A stretch of DNA of 64,000 nt from an uncultured Pelagibacteraceae bacterium (GTDB lineage: Bacteria; Pseudomonadota; Alphaproteobacteria; Pelagibacterales; Pelagibacteraceae). Positions 54,912 through 64,000 of the stretch are shown piece after piece (positions within the stretch are counted from its first letter, which is position 1; the number at the start of each line of letters is the position of its first letter). The notes beneath the pieces were generated by a model that made no database searches, was not told the DNA's origin, and worked only from the letters and a program-made list of their open reading frames with translations. A program made the translations under genes and the position numbers. The stretch lies in NCBI GenBank assembly GCA_902569975.1, contig CACFWD010000003.1:5596-69595 (forward strand), given 5' to 3'.

Positions 54912-56168
54912 TTAGTAGTAGTCAATATATCCTTTCATGAAGTTTAACATTAAAAAGACAATATATAAAAGAACATATTTTTTGATTATTAAATCTATTT
55001 TAATAAATTTTTTTTCTTCATATTTTATTAAAAAAAATAACAGTAAAATTATAAGTGGGTCAAAATACTTATAATAAATTTCATATTGGATATTGTAAAT
55101 GATTAACAATGAAAATAATAAAATATTATTTATATTATATAATCTTAAAAAATAAAATATTAATAAACTAAATCCAAAAATTAAAAAAATAAAATAAGAA
55201 TTATCGAACAAAAGATTTGAAATACGAAAAATAATTCCACCTCCAACATTTTCTGAAAAATTGAAAAAATAAATATTAATAATAAAAAAAGCTATTAAAA
55301 AAAATGATTTGTAACTGATTAAATTAGAAAAAATTGAGTCTTCTTTTATTTTTTGTATATTTGAAATTAAAGGTAAAATAAAAATAAAAATTATTGAAGT
55401 AATAATTATTATTTTATTAGTTATGTTATATTTTTGAATATCACTTACGTATTTGACATTACTATCAAATAAATAAAAATCTTTTGAAATAATAAAAATA
55501 ATTGCTGGTAGAGACAAAAATATATTTAAAAAAACTATTTTTAAAGTCTTAAAAGAATTTTTGTAATTTAAATAAAACCTATAAAAAAAATAGATTGAAA
55601 ATACAGAAAAATTCGGGGTGAAGTAGGCAGCTGATGCTAAGCAAATTATGTTTAAATATGCAAAATTCATTTTTTTATTTTCATTTATCGATATTTCAAA
55701 TTTCAAATAAAAATAAATTGAAATAATAAAAAAGGCCAATGCCCATAAAAGAGGATAGGGCCAACTAAATAAAGTTCTAATTGTTGGAGATAAAAGTAAC
55801 AAAGAAAAAAAATATAATTTTATAATTAAAGGTGTATTTGGATATTTTAAATCTATACATTTGTTTAAAAAATAGAATATTGGCAATAGCAAAAAAAGAT
55901 TTATGATTTTAAGTCCAAATGTATCTAAACCTAAATTTAGAAATAAAGAGAAAAAAATATAAAATATTGGTGAGTTTCTTACGTTATCATTAATTTGATC
56001 TGAACCATAATTTAAGAATGTCTCTTTAAAATTTAAATGAAAATTTTCAAAATATTTGACATGATATAAGTAATCATGTTTTCCTCCTCCAAGTGTATCT
56101 TCACCTAAAATTAAACCGACAATAAAACTAATTAAAATTAATACTAGTAAAATTTTATCTTTTAACAT
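54912..56168 (-). CDS. Polytopic membrane protein, putative GT-C fold glycosyltransferase
   Basis: About 11-12 hydrophobic segments, acidic loop after TM1 (GEDTLGGGKHDYLYH, SPIFY), late YYKYFDP motif; very AT-rich. Confidence 0.55.
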   Translation of the reverse strand: MLKDKILLVLILISFIVGLILGEDTLGGGKHDYLYHVKYFENFHLNFKETFLNYGSDQINDNVRNSPIFYIFFSLFLNLGLDTFGLKIINLFLLLPIFYFLNKCIDLKYPNTPLIIKLYFFSLLLLSPTIRTLFSWPYPLLWALAFFIISIYFYLKFEISINENKKMNFAYLNIICLASAAYFTPNFSVFSIYFFYRFYLNYKNSFKTLKIVFLNIFLSLPAIIFIISKDFYLFDSNVKYVSDIQKYNITNKIIIITSIIFIFILPLISNIQKIKEDSIFSNLISYKSFFLIAFFIINIYFFNFSENVGGGIIFRISNLLFDNSYFIFLIFGFSLLIFYFLRLYNINNILLFSLLIIYNIQYEIYYKYFDPLIILLLFFLIKYEEKKFIKIDLIIKKYVLLYIVFLMLNFMKGYIDYY

Positions 56169-56835
56169 TTTTTAATAATGAAATGAAATGATGCTTTTTA
56201 TTTAAAATCAAATTAAACAATCCATCGTGTTGTTGAAAAGATTTAATTATTTTAATCTGTTTAAGATTTGATTTGTTGATAGTTTTTTTCCAAGAATTGT
56301 AATCAAAGTACCGTTTAGGTATCGCTATATCGTAACCATAATTTGCATAGAAATCTACAAATCGTAATAATTGTCTCGAAAAATAACTATGTTCAAAATG
56401 ATCCTTTATAATTATGTTTTTTGAAATTTTAGATAATTTTTTAAGTATAATATGTGACTTATCAATACCTATATGATGCAAAACATCAATCGAAATAATT
56501 AGATCAAATTTTCTTTTATTATTTTTAAAAAAATCATCATACTGAATATATTTCATCTTCTTTGTTTTAAATTTACTTTTGAATGTATCTACTCCAACAA
56601 TTTCTTTTATAAAAAATAACTTTTCCAATCTTTTTGATATTTGCATTGATCCACAACCAAAATCTAAAATTGTAATTTTTTTTCTCTTTTTCATATAAAT
56701 ATTTTTAGAAATTTTAATCATAATTTGGCTTAATCTCTTAATTCTATCTCCTCCAAATATTTTTCTGATTAAATCAGAGATAAATATAAAAAGTTTTTTA
56801 GTTATCGGTATTTTTGTATTTTCAAATCTAGACAT
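56155..56835 (-). CDS. Class I SAM-dependent methyltransferase
   Basis: ILDFGCGS motif I, GVD motif II, FDLIISIDVLHH, IIIKDH. Confidence 0.85.
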   Translation of the reverse strand: MSRFENTKIPITKKLFIFISDLIRKIFGGDRIKRLSQIMIKISKNIYMKKRKKITILDFGCGSMQISKRLEKLFFIKEIVGVDTFKSKFKTKKMKYIQYDDFFKNNKRKFDLIISIDVLHHIGIDKSHIILKKLSKISKNIIIKDHFEHSYFSRQLLRFVDFYANYGYDIAIPKRYFDYNSWKKTINKSNLKQIKIIKSFQQHDGLFNLILNKKHHFISLLKNVKR

Positions 56836-56975
56836 ATTTTTTATAAAAATTAAGTATCAGTAAATGTATAATATGTGAGAAGTTTTATATACCCTTATAT
56901 CAAATTGATTATTTCTACTATGAATATTATTTTAAAGAAACTTTTGATAAGGGCTTAAGTTTAACATTTTAAACA

Positions 56976-59192
56976 TTAATATAATGGTTCATCCTTAAAA
57001 AAATCTTTCATTTTGATAGGTTCTTGCTCAAGTATATATCTGTAAACATTGTAATTTTCTAAAACTCTTTGCACATAATTTCTCGTCTCTTTAAATTTGA
57101 TTAGTTCAATCCAATCAACATAATTTGTTTGTCTCTTTTGAGGATCTTTGTTAATTCTTTTCCAGTACTTAACTCTATTAGGCCCCGCATTATAAGCTGC
57201 AATTGCATATGGATAAGCACCATCATAATTTAGCATTAAACCTGCAATATAATGTGAACCTAAATTAATATTATATTCTGGATCTGTTGTTAATCTTGAT
57301 CTGACATATGGGAGCTTTGCTTGTTTAGCAACTAATTTAGCTGTATAAGGCATTAATTGCATTAATCCTTTAGCACCAGCATGGCTGTTAGCTGTTATAT
57401 CAAATTCACTTTCTTGTCTAATTATAGATAAGATGAATGCGCTTTCAGGAATTTTTCTACCGTTAATATATTTTGGAGTGCTTATAATCGGATAATTGTA
57501 TTTATTGTGAAATCTTTTTTCATATGAAGCAATTTTTGCTATTTGAATTGCAAAATCAAATCTTCCTATATTAGTAGATAATTCAGAAGTTAAGATTTCA
57601 CTTCCTTTTTCAATATTATCATTCGCAAGATGTCTTAAAATAAATTTAGCATATTTATCTTCATCGAGTTCATCTAAAAGATGGACGATTTTAACTAATT
57701 CATTTGAGTAAAATTTTTCTCGATAAGTATTATCAACTTCCATATCCTTTGAGAGTTCGAACTTTTTTTCAGGACTTAGTTCTAAAAATGATAGTTGGCC
57801 ATAATAAGTTGTTAAATATTTTGAAGCTTCTTTAAACCATTTTTCTGAGTTTTCTTTATCACCAAGAGACTTATATGACCTAGCAAGCCAATATGCACCT
57901 CTAGAAATACTGATAGGGTAACTAACATTGTTATAAAAATTTTCAAAATGTTCTTTTGACAAAACAGGATCTTTTAAAAAACTTAAAGCAATCCAACCAC
58001 TCATCCACTCAGCTGCAGCATAATCAGGACCTTCAGTTAAAGCGTGATTACTTGAAATTTTATAAGCTAGCTCATATTTTTTTTTGTAGATTAGTGATCT
58101 TGAAATTATTTCTCTTTCTTTCCACCATTTATCAGGTCTAACTAAATAATCTTTTGTATTTTTTATTTTTAAAAGAATTTCAGTAGAACTATCAACACGT
58201 CCTCTTTTACGTCTCCATTTTAAACGATCGTAATTTAAACCAGCATCATTTTTAAATTTTTGTGGAACATTTTTAATTGCTTGGTCTACACCATAAGATT
58301 TACTCATTAATAGTTGTCTAGCATTATAAAGAAGCTCATAATCTTTTGGTAAATATCTTAACATTCTTTTTAAATCCCAGTATTTGTTGTTCCAAGCAAG
58401 ATAATCTGCTCTTTCAACATAATTATTTGCTTTTAGATATTTTCTAAACTTTTTCCTAAAAAATCTTAGATCTGATTTGCTTAATTCAGCTGTAACCCAA
58501 CCCTCTTTGATCAAATTTATTCCCCTATCAACTTGACCCACTAGGATATAACTTTCTCCCAAAATCATTTTACCATATCCGCTCAAGGGTTCCTTACCTT
58601 GAAACCAACTTATAATCTTATCAGGACTTATCTTTTCATTCGATAATTTGTGTTCAGCAAGATATCTAATTCTACTAATTCTAGGATAGTCTTTATTTTT
58701 GTTTATAAAATTTAAATATTCATAAAAAGATGCATTATTACCTTTAGTTAAAAGATGTCTCCATTGAATAAAATTATAGATTGATTTGTCTTTAGCTTTT
58801 TTGGAAGTAATAATTGATTTATCCCAATTTGCTTTTTTCATTTCAGATATAGCCTTCTTGGCAATATTAAAATCTTTTTTGCTAAAAAATTTTGATTTGG
58901 CAATTTTTGCCTTAGTTTCAGTACCTGCTATAAGTGGTTTTTTCTTAGGTAATAAGAATTTAGGTTTTATAGTTTTCTCATCGGCGACTTTTAACGATGA
59001 CACTTCTTTCTTTTGTAAAGAAGGTTTTGGTAAAGGTTTTAAAATATTTATTAAAACTTTCTTTTTAAGCTCTTGTTCCGTTAATATAGGTTTTTTTAAT
59101 GGGATGAGATTTTTTTCATCAGCTGTAACCAATTTAAGATTTATATTAATTAATAAAAATAAACTAACAATTATTATTAATTTTTTAGACAT
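56976..59192 (-). CDS. slt: Soluble lytic murein transglycosylase (Slt70-like)
   Basis: Signal peptide, helical repeat region, C-terminal IRQESEF, GLMQL, AYNAG, ETRNYV. Confidence 0.93.
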   Translation of the reverse strand: MSKKLIIIVSLFLLININLKLVTADEKNLIPLKKPILTEQELKKKVLINILKPLPKPSLQKKEVSSLKVADEKTIKPKFLLPKKKPLIAGTETKAKIAKSKFFSKKDFNIAKKAISEMKKANWDKSIITSKKAKDKSIYNFIQWRHLLTKGNNASFYEYLNFINKNKDYPRISRIRYLAEHKLSNEKISPDKIISWFQGKEPLSGYGKMILGESYILVGQVDRGINLIKEGWVTAELSKSDLRFFRKKFRKYLKANNYVERADYLAWNNKYWDLKRMLRYLPKDYELLYNARQLLMSKSYGVDQAIKNVPQKFKNDAGLNYDRLKWRRKRGRVDSSTEILLKIKNTKDYLVRPDKWWKEREIISRSLIYKKKYELAYKISSNHALTEGPDYAAAEWMSGWIALSFLKDPVLSKEHFENFYNNVSYPISISRGAYWLARSYKSLGDKENSEKWFKEASKYLTTYYGQLSFLELSPEKKFELSKDMEVDNTYREKFYSNELVKIVHLLDELDEDKYAKFILRHLANDNIEKGSEILTSELSTNIGRFDFAIQIAKIASYEKRFHNKYNYPIISTPKYINGRKIPESAFILSIIRQESEFDITANSHAGAKGLMQLMPYTAKLVAKQAKLPYVRSRLTTDPEYNINLGSHYIAGLMLNYDGAYPYAIAAYNAGPNRVKYWKRINKDPQKRQTNYVDWIELIKFKETRNYVQRVLENYNVYRYILEQEPIKMKDFFKDEPLY

Positions 59193-59234
59193 ATTCTTTA
59201 GTATCTGAATCGATAATTTATGTTATAAGTATTT

Positions 59235-60119
59235 ATGTTTAAAGGATCAAATGTAGCTTTAATAACACCATTTAAAAATAATAAACTTGATGATGATGCG
59301 TATATCAAGTTAATTCATTTTCATATTAATAATGGTACAAATGGGTTAGTTCCAGCAGGAACAACTGGTGAATCTCCTACGTTAAGTCATGGTGAACATG
59401 AAAGAGTAATAGAATTATGTGTCAAAGAAAGCAATGGAAAACTTCCTGTATTTGCTGGAACTGGCTCAAATTCAACTGAAGAAGCGATTTCATTAACTAA
59501 TCATGCAGAAAAAATTGGTGCAAATGGTGCTTTAGTTGTGACTCCATATTATAATAAACCTACCCAGGAAGGTTTGTTCCAACATTATAAGGCTATAAAT
59601 GATAAATGTGGAATACCAATTATAATTTATAATATTCCTGGAAGATCGGTAATAGATATGTCAGTTGAAACAATGGCAAGGTTATATGAGTTAAAAAATA
59701 TTATTGGTGTTAAAGATGCTACTGGAGATTTAAATAGAGTTGATCAGACATTACAAAAATTAGGAAAAGATTTTTTACAATTGACTGGAAATGACGACAA
59801 TGCATTAGAGTTTAATAAAAGAGGAGGAGAAGGAGCTATAAGTGTAACTGCTAATATTGCCCCAAAAATTTGTTCAGATTTTCAAAAATTTTCAAATTTA
59901 AAAAGTTCCAGTGCAAATTCAGAAAAGGCTGAAAGATTAAATCAAATTTTACTTCCATTGCATCACGCAATGTTTATTGAGAGTAATCCAAGCCCAGTTA
60001 AATATGCAGCAAAAAAACTAGGTTTATGTGATGATACTGTCCGATTACCGCTAGTACAAATAACAGAACACACCAAGGATATAATTGATAAAGTATTAAA
60101 AGATGCTGAATTAGTATAA
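59235..60119 (+). CDS. dapA: 4-hydroxy-tetrahydrodipicolinate synthase
   Basis: [37 protein letters not shown]. Confidence 0.98.
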   Translation: MFKGSNVALITPFKNNKLDDDAYIKLIHFHINNGTNGLVPAGTTGESPTLSHGEHERVIELCVKESNGKLPVFAGTGSNSTEEAISLTNHAEKIGANGALVVTPYYNKPTQEGLFQHYKAINDKCGIPIIIYNIPGRSVIDMSVETMARLYELKNIIGVKDATGDLNRVDQTLQKLGKDFLQLTGNDDNALEFNKRGGEGAISVTANIAPKICSDFQKFSNLKSSSANSEKAERLNQILLPLHHAMFIESNPSPVKYAAKKLGLCDDTVRLPLVQITEHTKDIIDKVLKDAELV

Positions 60120-60589
60120 TGAAAAAAAAAACCAGCACTGGTTTAAAAATAATTTGCTTAAACAGAAAAGCTAGCTTTAATTATTTTTTTGAAGATCTAA
60201 TTGAAGCTGGTATTGTTCTAAAAGGATCAGAAATTAAATCTATAAGAGATGGAAAAGTAAACATTTCAGACTCATATGCAGTAGAAAAAAATGGAGAAAT
60301 AGTTCTAATAAATTCTCATATTGCTCAATACAAACAAGCAAGTTTATCTAATCACAATCCTATGGACGAAAGAAAATTATTACTTAATAAAAAAGAAATA
60401 AATAAATTAATAGGAAAAATACAAAGAGATAGTTTTACAATTGTTCCAACTAAGATGTATTTTAAAAAAGGAAAGGCGAAAATTGAAATTGCAGTTGCCA
60501 AAGGAAAAAAACAATATGATAAGAGAGCCTCAAAGAAAGATAGAGATTGGAATAGAGATAAAGCGCGTTATATTAGAAAATCTAGTTAA
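60119..60589 (+). CDS. smpB: SsrA-binding protein
   Basis: [30 protein letters not shown]. Confidence 0.98.
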   Translation: MKKKTSTGLKIICLNRKASFNYFFEDLIEAGIVLKGSEIKSIRDGKVNISDSYAVEKNGEIVLINSHIAQYKQASLSNHNPMDERKLLLNKKEINKLIGKIQRDSFTIVPTKMYFKKGKAKIEIAVAKGKKQYDKRASKKDRDWNRDKARYIRKSS

Positions 60590-61066
60590 ATGGTATATAT
60601 TGGTATAGGCTCAAATTTAGGAAATAGAATAAATAATATTGAGAAAGCAAAATATTTCTTAAAATTAAATGGTATAAATATTATAAAATCTTCTGGTCAT
60701 TACGAAACTTTATCTTGGCCAGATCCTAGTAAACCAAAATTCATAAATATTGTTGTTCAATCGAATACTAAAATACCTCCTAATAAATTTTTAGATATTT
60801 CTAAAAAAATTGAAAATACTCTTGGTAGATCAAAAGGACCAAAAAATTCGCCACGTAAATGTGATATTGATATAATATCTTATAGAAAAAAAATTATTTC
60901 AAATAGTATTACAATTCCACATAAAAGAATGTCAAAAAGAAATTTTGTATTAATACCTTTATTTGAAATAGCTCCTGATTGGAAACATCCAAAAACTAAC
61001 AAAAGTATTAAAAACTTAATTTTTTCTTTATCAATAAAGGATATTACATCTATTAAACATATATAA
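60590..61066 (+). CDS. folK: 6-hydroxymethyl-7,8-dihydropterin pyrophosphokinase
   Basis: YIGIGSNLG, PRKCDIDII, IPH, RNFVLIPL. Confidence 0.95.
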   Translation: MVYIGIGSNLGNRINNIEKAKYFLKLNGINIIKSSGHYETLSWPDPSKPKFINIVVQSNTKIPPNKFLDISKKIENTLGRSKGPKNSPRKCDIDIISYRKKIISNSITIPHKRMSKRNFVLIPLFEIAPDWKHPKTNKSIKNLIFSLSIKDITSIKHI

Positions 61067-61086
61067 TTTAATGTTATATTGCTAAT

Positions 61087-62832
61087 ATGCTTAATTCAGA
61101 TGATTTAATTAATAAGGTCAAAGGCTATAATAAATTTGTAAATTTGGACCGTTTAAACAAAGCGTATGATTTCGCTGTTAAAGCACATAGTAATCAAAAA
61201 AGAGCTTCAGGAGATCCTTATTCGGTACATCCAATTGAAGTAGCAAATATACTTACTGATCTTAAGCTTGACTCTGCAACAATTGCAACAGGTTTATTAC
61301 ATGACACAATTGAGGATACTTTTGCGACTTACGAAACTATAAAAGGTGAATTTGGCGAAGAGGTAGCTGAATTAGTTGAAGGTGTAACAAAAATATCAGC
61401 TTTTGAAAATACTGCTGCAGCAAATTCAAAAGCAGAAAATTTCAGAAAATTAATTTTAGCAACCTCTAAAGATATTAGAGTTTTGCTCGTAAAGTTAGCA
61501 GATCGACTCCATAATATGAGAACAATAAAATCTATTAAACAAGCAGATAAAAGAAAAAGAATTTCTCAAGAAACAATGGAAATTTATGCACCTTTAGCTG
61601 ACAGAATGGGAATGCATCGAATAAGAGATGAATTAGAAGATTTATCATTTGAAATCCTCAATCTTGATGCTCGAAAACTTATACAAACAAGATTAGATGA
61701 AATTAAAAAAAATAAAGAAGATATATTTGAAAGCTTGTCGTTAGAAATTAAAGATCTTTTGACTAAAAATAATATCAATGCATCAATATATGGCAGAGAA
61801 AAAACACCTTTTTCAATTTGGAGAAAACTTCAAAAAAAACGTGTCTCACTTGAACAAATAACTGACATTATTGGATTTAGAATAATATTAAATAATATTG
61901 ATGAGTGTTATCAAGCTTTAGGAATTTTACATAAAAAATGGAATTGTATACCAGGAAAGTTTAAAGACTATATTTCCTCACCAAAAATTAATGGATATAA
62001 ATCTCTTCATACTTCCGTGATTGGATCTTATAAAAAGCCAATTGAAATTCAAATTCGCACATCTAACATGCATGATTTTGCTGAAAGAGGAATAGCTTCT
62101 CACTGGCAATATAAATCTTCTGAAAAAATTAACTCTCTACAATGGAAAGAATATGATTGGTTAAAAGATTTGGTAGAGATCATAGAAAAAAATGAAAATC
62201 CCGAACATTCCTATGAATATACAAAATTACAAATGTTTCAGGAAAATGTTTTCTGTTTTACTCCTAAAGGTTCAGTAATTAAATTACCTAAAAATGCTAC
62301 ACCTATTGACTTTGCATATGCTGTCCATACTAAAGTTGGTAATACGGCAATAGGTTGTGAGATTAATGGAAATAAAAGTGAACTACAGACAATTTTACGT
62401 AATGGAGACACTGTAAATATTATTACTTCTAAAAATCAGTCACCATCTTTACATTGGATACCAGTTACTAAAACAGGAAAAGCAAGAGCGGCTATTAGAA
62501 GATATTGGCACGATAAAGGAGAGGAGAAAGAGCAAAAATTAAAAAAATATAATACAACTTTATGGATTTCTTTGCCAGATAAGCCAGGGCAACTTGGCAG
62601 TATAAGTTCACTCATAGGCGATCATAAACTTAACATTTCTAATTTGGAAATGGCTGGTAAAAACCCAAATTATATAAACTTTAAATTTCAATTAATTATA
62701 AGAGATTTAAAAAATTTTACTAATTTTATTGCGGAGTTAAAACAAAAAGGTATAAAATTTAAGATAATCAGACACGAAGATAAAAGAAATGCTTTCACTC
62801 AAAAAATCCTTAAATATTTTAAAAGAGACTAA
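61087..62832 (+). CDS. spoT: Bifunctional (p)ppGpp synthetase/hydrolase Rel/SpoT (short, 581 aa)
   Basis: HD motif LLHDTIED, GREKT, KDYI...NGYKSLHT, EIQIRT, TGS (DFAYAVHT), C-terminal ACT (DKPGQL). Confidence 0.95.
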   Translation: MLNSDDLINKVKGYNKFVNLDRLNKAYDFAVKAHSNQKRASGDPYSVHPIEVANILTDLKLDSATIATGLLHDTIEDTFATYETIKGEFGEEVAELVEGVTKISAFENTAAANSKAENFRKLILATSKDIRVLLVKLADRLHNMRTIKSIKQADKRKRISQETMEIYAPLADRMGMHRIRDELEDLSFEILNLDARKLIQTRLDEIKKNKEDIFESLSLEIKDLLTKNNINASIYGREKTPFSIWRKLQKKRVSLEQITDIIGFRIILNNIDECYQALGILHKKWNCIPGKFKDYISSPKINGYKSLHTSVIGSYKKPIEIQIRTSNMHDFAERGIASHWQYKSSEKINSLQWKEYDWLKDLVEIIEKNENPEHSYEYTKLQMFQENVFCFTPKGSVIKLPKNATPIDFAYAVHTKVGNTAIGCEINGNKSELQTILRNGDTVNIITSKNQSPSLHWIPVTKTGKARAAIRRYWHDKGEEKEQKLKKYNTTLWISLPDKPGQLGSISSLIGDHKLNISNLEMAGKNPNYINFKFQLIIRDLKNFTNFIAELKQKGIKFKIIRHEDKRNAFTQKILKYFKRD

Positions 62833-63376
62833 TGCTCTTTTGGAGGGACATTTTGTTCTATCATCAGGATTACATTCATCTAAATATATACAATGTGCTA
62901 AATTATTGAGTTACCCACATAAAGCTGATTTAATTTGTAAATCTTTTGCAAAAAAAATTAAAATAAATTTTAAAAAAATTGATCTTATTTTAGCTCCAGC
63001 AATGGGTGGCATAGTCATAGGATATGAAATCGGCAAACTTTTAAAAAAAGAAACAATTTTTTGTGAAAGAGTAAATGGAAAATTTACTTTAAGAAGAGGA
63101 TTTAATATAAAAAAAAATTCAAGAGTATTAATAATAGAAGATGTAATAACAACAGGAAAATCTAGCATGGAGTGTGCAAAATTAATTAAAAAGGCAAATG
63201 CAAAATTAGTTGGTTTTGCGTCAATAATTGACCGTTCTACCAAAAGAACTTTAAAAATAAAAAAAAAGATTGTTTCAGAGTTAAAAATTGATGTGCCGGT
63301 ATATAAAAAAAACAAGATACCTAGAGATCTTAAATCAATTCCAATAACTACTCCAGGAAGTAGATTTATCAAGTGA
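62789..63376 (+). CDS. pyrE: Orotate phosphoribosyltransferase
   Basis: GHFVLSSGLHS, IIEDVITTGKS PRPP motif. Confidence 0.96.
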   Translation: MLSLKKSLNILKETNALLEGHFVLSSGLHSSKYIQCAKLLSYPHKADLICKSFAKKIKINFKKIDLILAPAMGGIVIGYEIGKLLKKETIFCERVNGKFTLRRGFNIKKNSRVLIIEDVITTGKSSMECAKLIKKANAKLVGFASIIDRSTKRTLKIKKKIVSELKIDVPVYKKNKIPRDLKSIPITTPGSRFIK

Positions 63377-64000
63377 AACGTCTTGGTGTAAATATTGATC
63401 ATGTTGCAACTCTTAGAAATGCAAGAGGTGAGTCACATCCTGATCCATTTAATGCTGCAAAATTTGTTAAAATAAATGGAGCAGACTCAATTACAATTCA
63501 TTTAAGAGAGGATAGAAGACATATAAATGATTTTGATGCAAAAAAAATTTGTTCTATCAAAAATTTGTTAGTAAATTTAGAAGTCTCAATTAATAAAGAT
63601 ATAATTAAAAAAGCACTTAGAATAAAACCTAATTATATTTGTATAGTCCCTGAAAATAGAAATGAAATAACTACAGAAGGTGGTTTAAATTTAAAGCAAA
63701 ATAAAAACAAGTTAAAATATATAATCAGTTTATTTAAAAAAAAAAAGATTAGAACCAGTCTCTTTATTAATCCATCTCTTAAAGATGTTTTACTTGCAAA
63801 AGAATTAGGTTCCGATTGTATAGAATTACACACAGGTAGATTTGCAAACTTAATTAAATCTAAAAAAGATATAAAAAAAGAATTAATTAGAATTAAAAAA
63901 TCTTCAAAATTAGCAAATGATAATGGTATAAAAGTTCATGCAGGTCACGGACTTGATTATAGATCAACTAAAATTTTATCAAAAATTAAAGAAATAGAGG
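63373..64000 (+). CDS. pdxJ: Pyridoxine 5'-phosphate synthase (partial, runs off window)
   Basis: GTG start overlapping the pyrE stop; RLGVNIDHVATLRNARG, ITIHLREDRRHI, TTEGGL, HAGHGL. Confidence 0.96.
   Translation, partial: MKRLGVNIDHVATLRNARGESHPDPFNAAKFVKINGADSITIHLREDRRHINDFDAKKICSIKNLLVNLEVSINKDIIKKALRIKPNYICIVPENRNEITTEGGLNLKQNKNKLKYIISLFKKKKIRTSLFINPSLKDVLLAKELGSDCIELHTGRFANLIKSKKDIKKELIRIKKSSKLANDNGIKVHAGHGLDYRSTKILSKIKEIE

Noticed and set aside
54840-56975. Integrative element or prophage at tRNA-Ser
   Set aside because: No integrase gene and no second copy of the tRNA 3' end (TCCTCTTCCGCCA) found at the far boundary.
1153-63833. Many 60-160 aa ORFs antisense to or nested in core genes (e.g. 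1153-1410, 3118-3441, 10360-10671, 33736-34095, 49320-49676, 58786-59208, 62911-63402)
   Set aside because: They are shadows of strongly conserved genes on the opposite strand, with Ser/Phe/Ile-rich composition and no recognisable motifs.
1-64000. CRISPR arrays, IS elements, rRNA genes, tmRNA next to smpB
   Set aside because: No spaced direct repeats, transposase ORFs or unassigned intervals long enough to hold them.

Overview
AT-rich (roughly 30% GC by eye), very tightly packed alphaproteobacterial chromosome segment. Gene order, sequences and streamlining point to SAR11/Pelagibacterales (inference). 1-29 kb is the translation/transcription supercluster: tRNA-Tyr, tRNA-Gly, tuf, tRNA-Trp, secE-nusG-rplKAJL-rpoBC, rpsLG-fusA running directly into the S10-spc-alpha genes. 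29-64 kb is mostly housekeeping: rluC, lipB, mgtE, panC, galU-ugd, RidA, topA, plsY, pyrC'/pyrB, ruvX, gatCAB, O-methyltransferase + trhO, MATE, nuclease, soxBDAG with a binding protein and permease, tRNA-Ser, slt, dapA-smpB-folK-rel-pyrE-pdxJ. The only clearly accessory DNA is a very AT-rich two-gene islet (SAM methyltransferase + GT-C-like membrane protein) next to tRNA-Ser(GCT). I saw no integrase, IS, prophage or CRISPR. Best leads: (1) an O-methyltransferase translationally coupled to trhO, a candidate ho5U->mo5U34 tRNA modification pathway; (2) an unannotated 44-aa two-cysteine lipoprotein coupled to topA; (3) a probable zinc-ligand swap in RNA polymerase beta', with rpoZ missing from its usual locus and a shortened Rel; (4) an ABC permease with a lipoprotein signal, in an ATPase-less transporter pair attached to soxBDAG; (5) the tRNA-Ser surface-glycosylation islet; (6) a two-state structured leader before rpsL.
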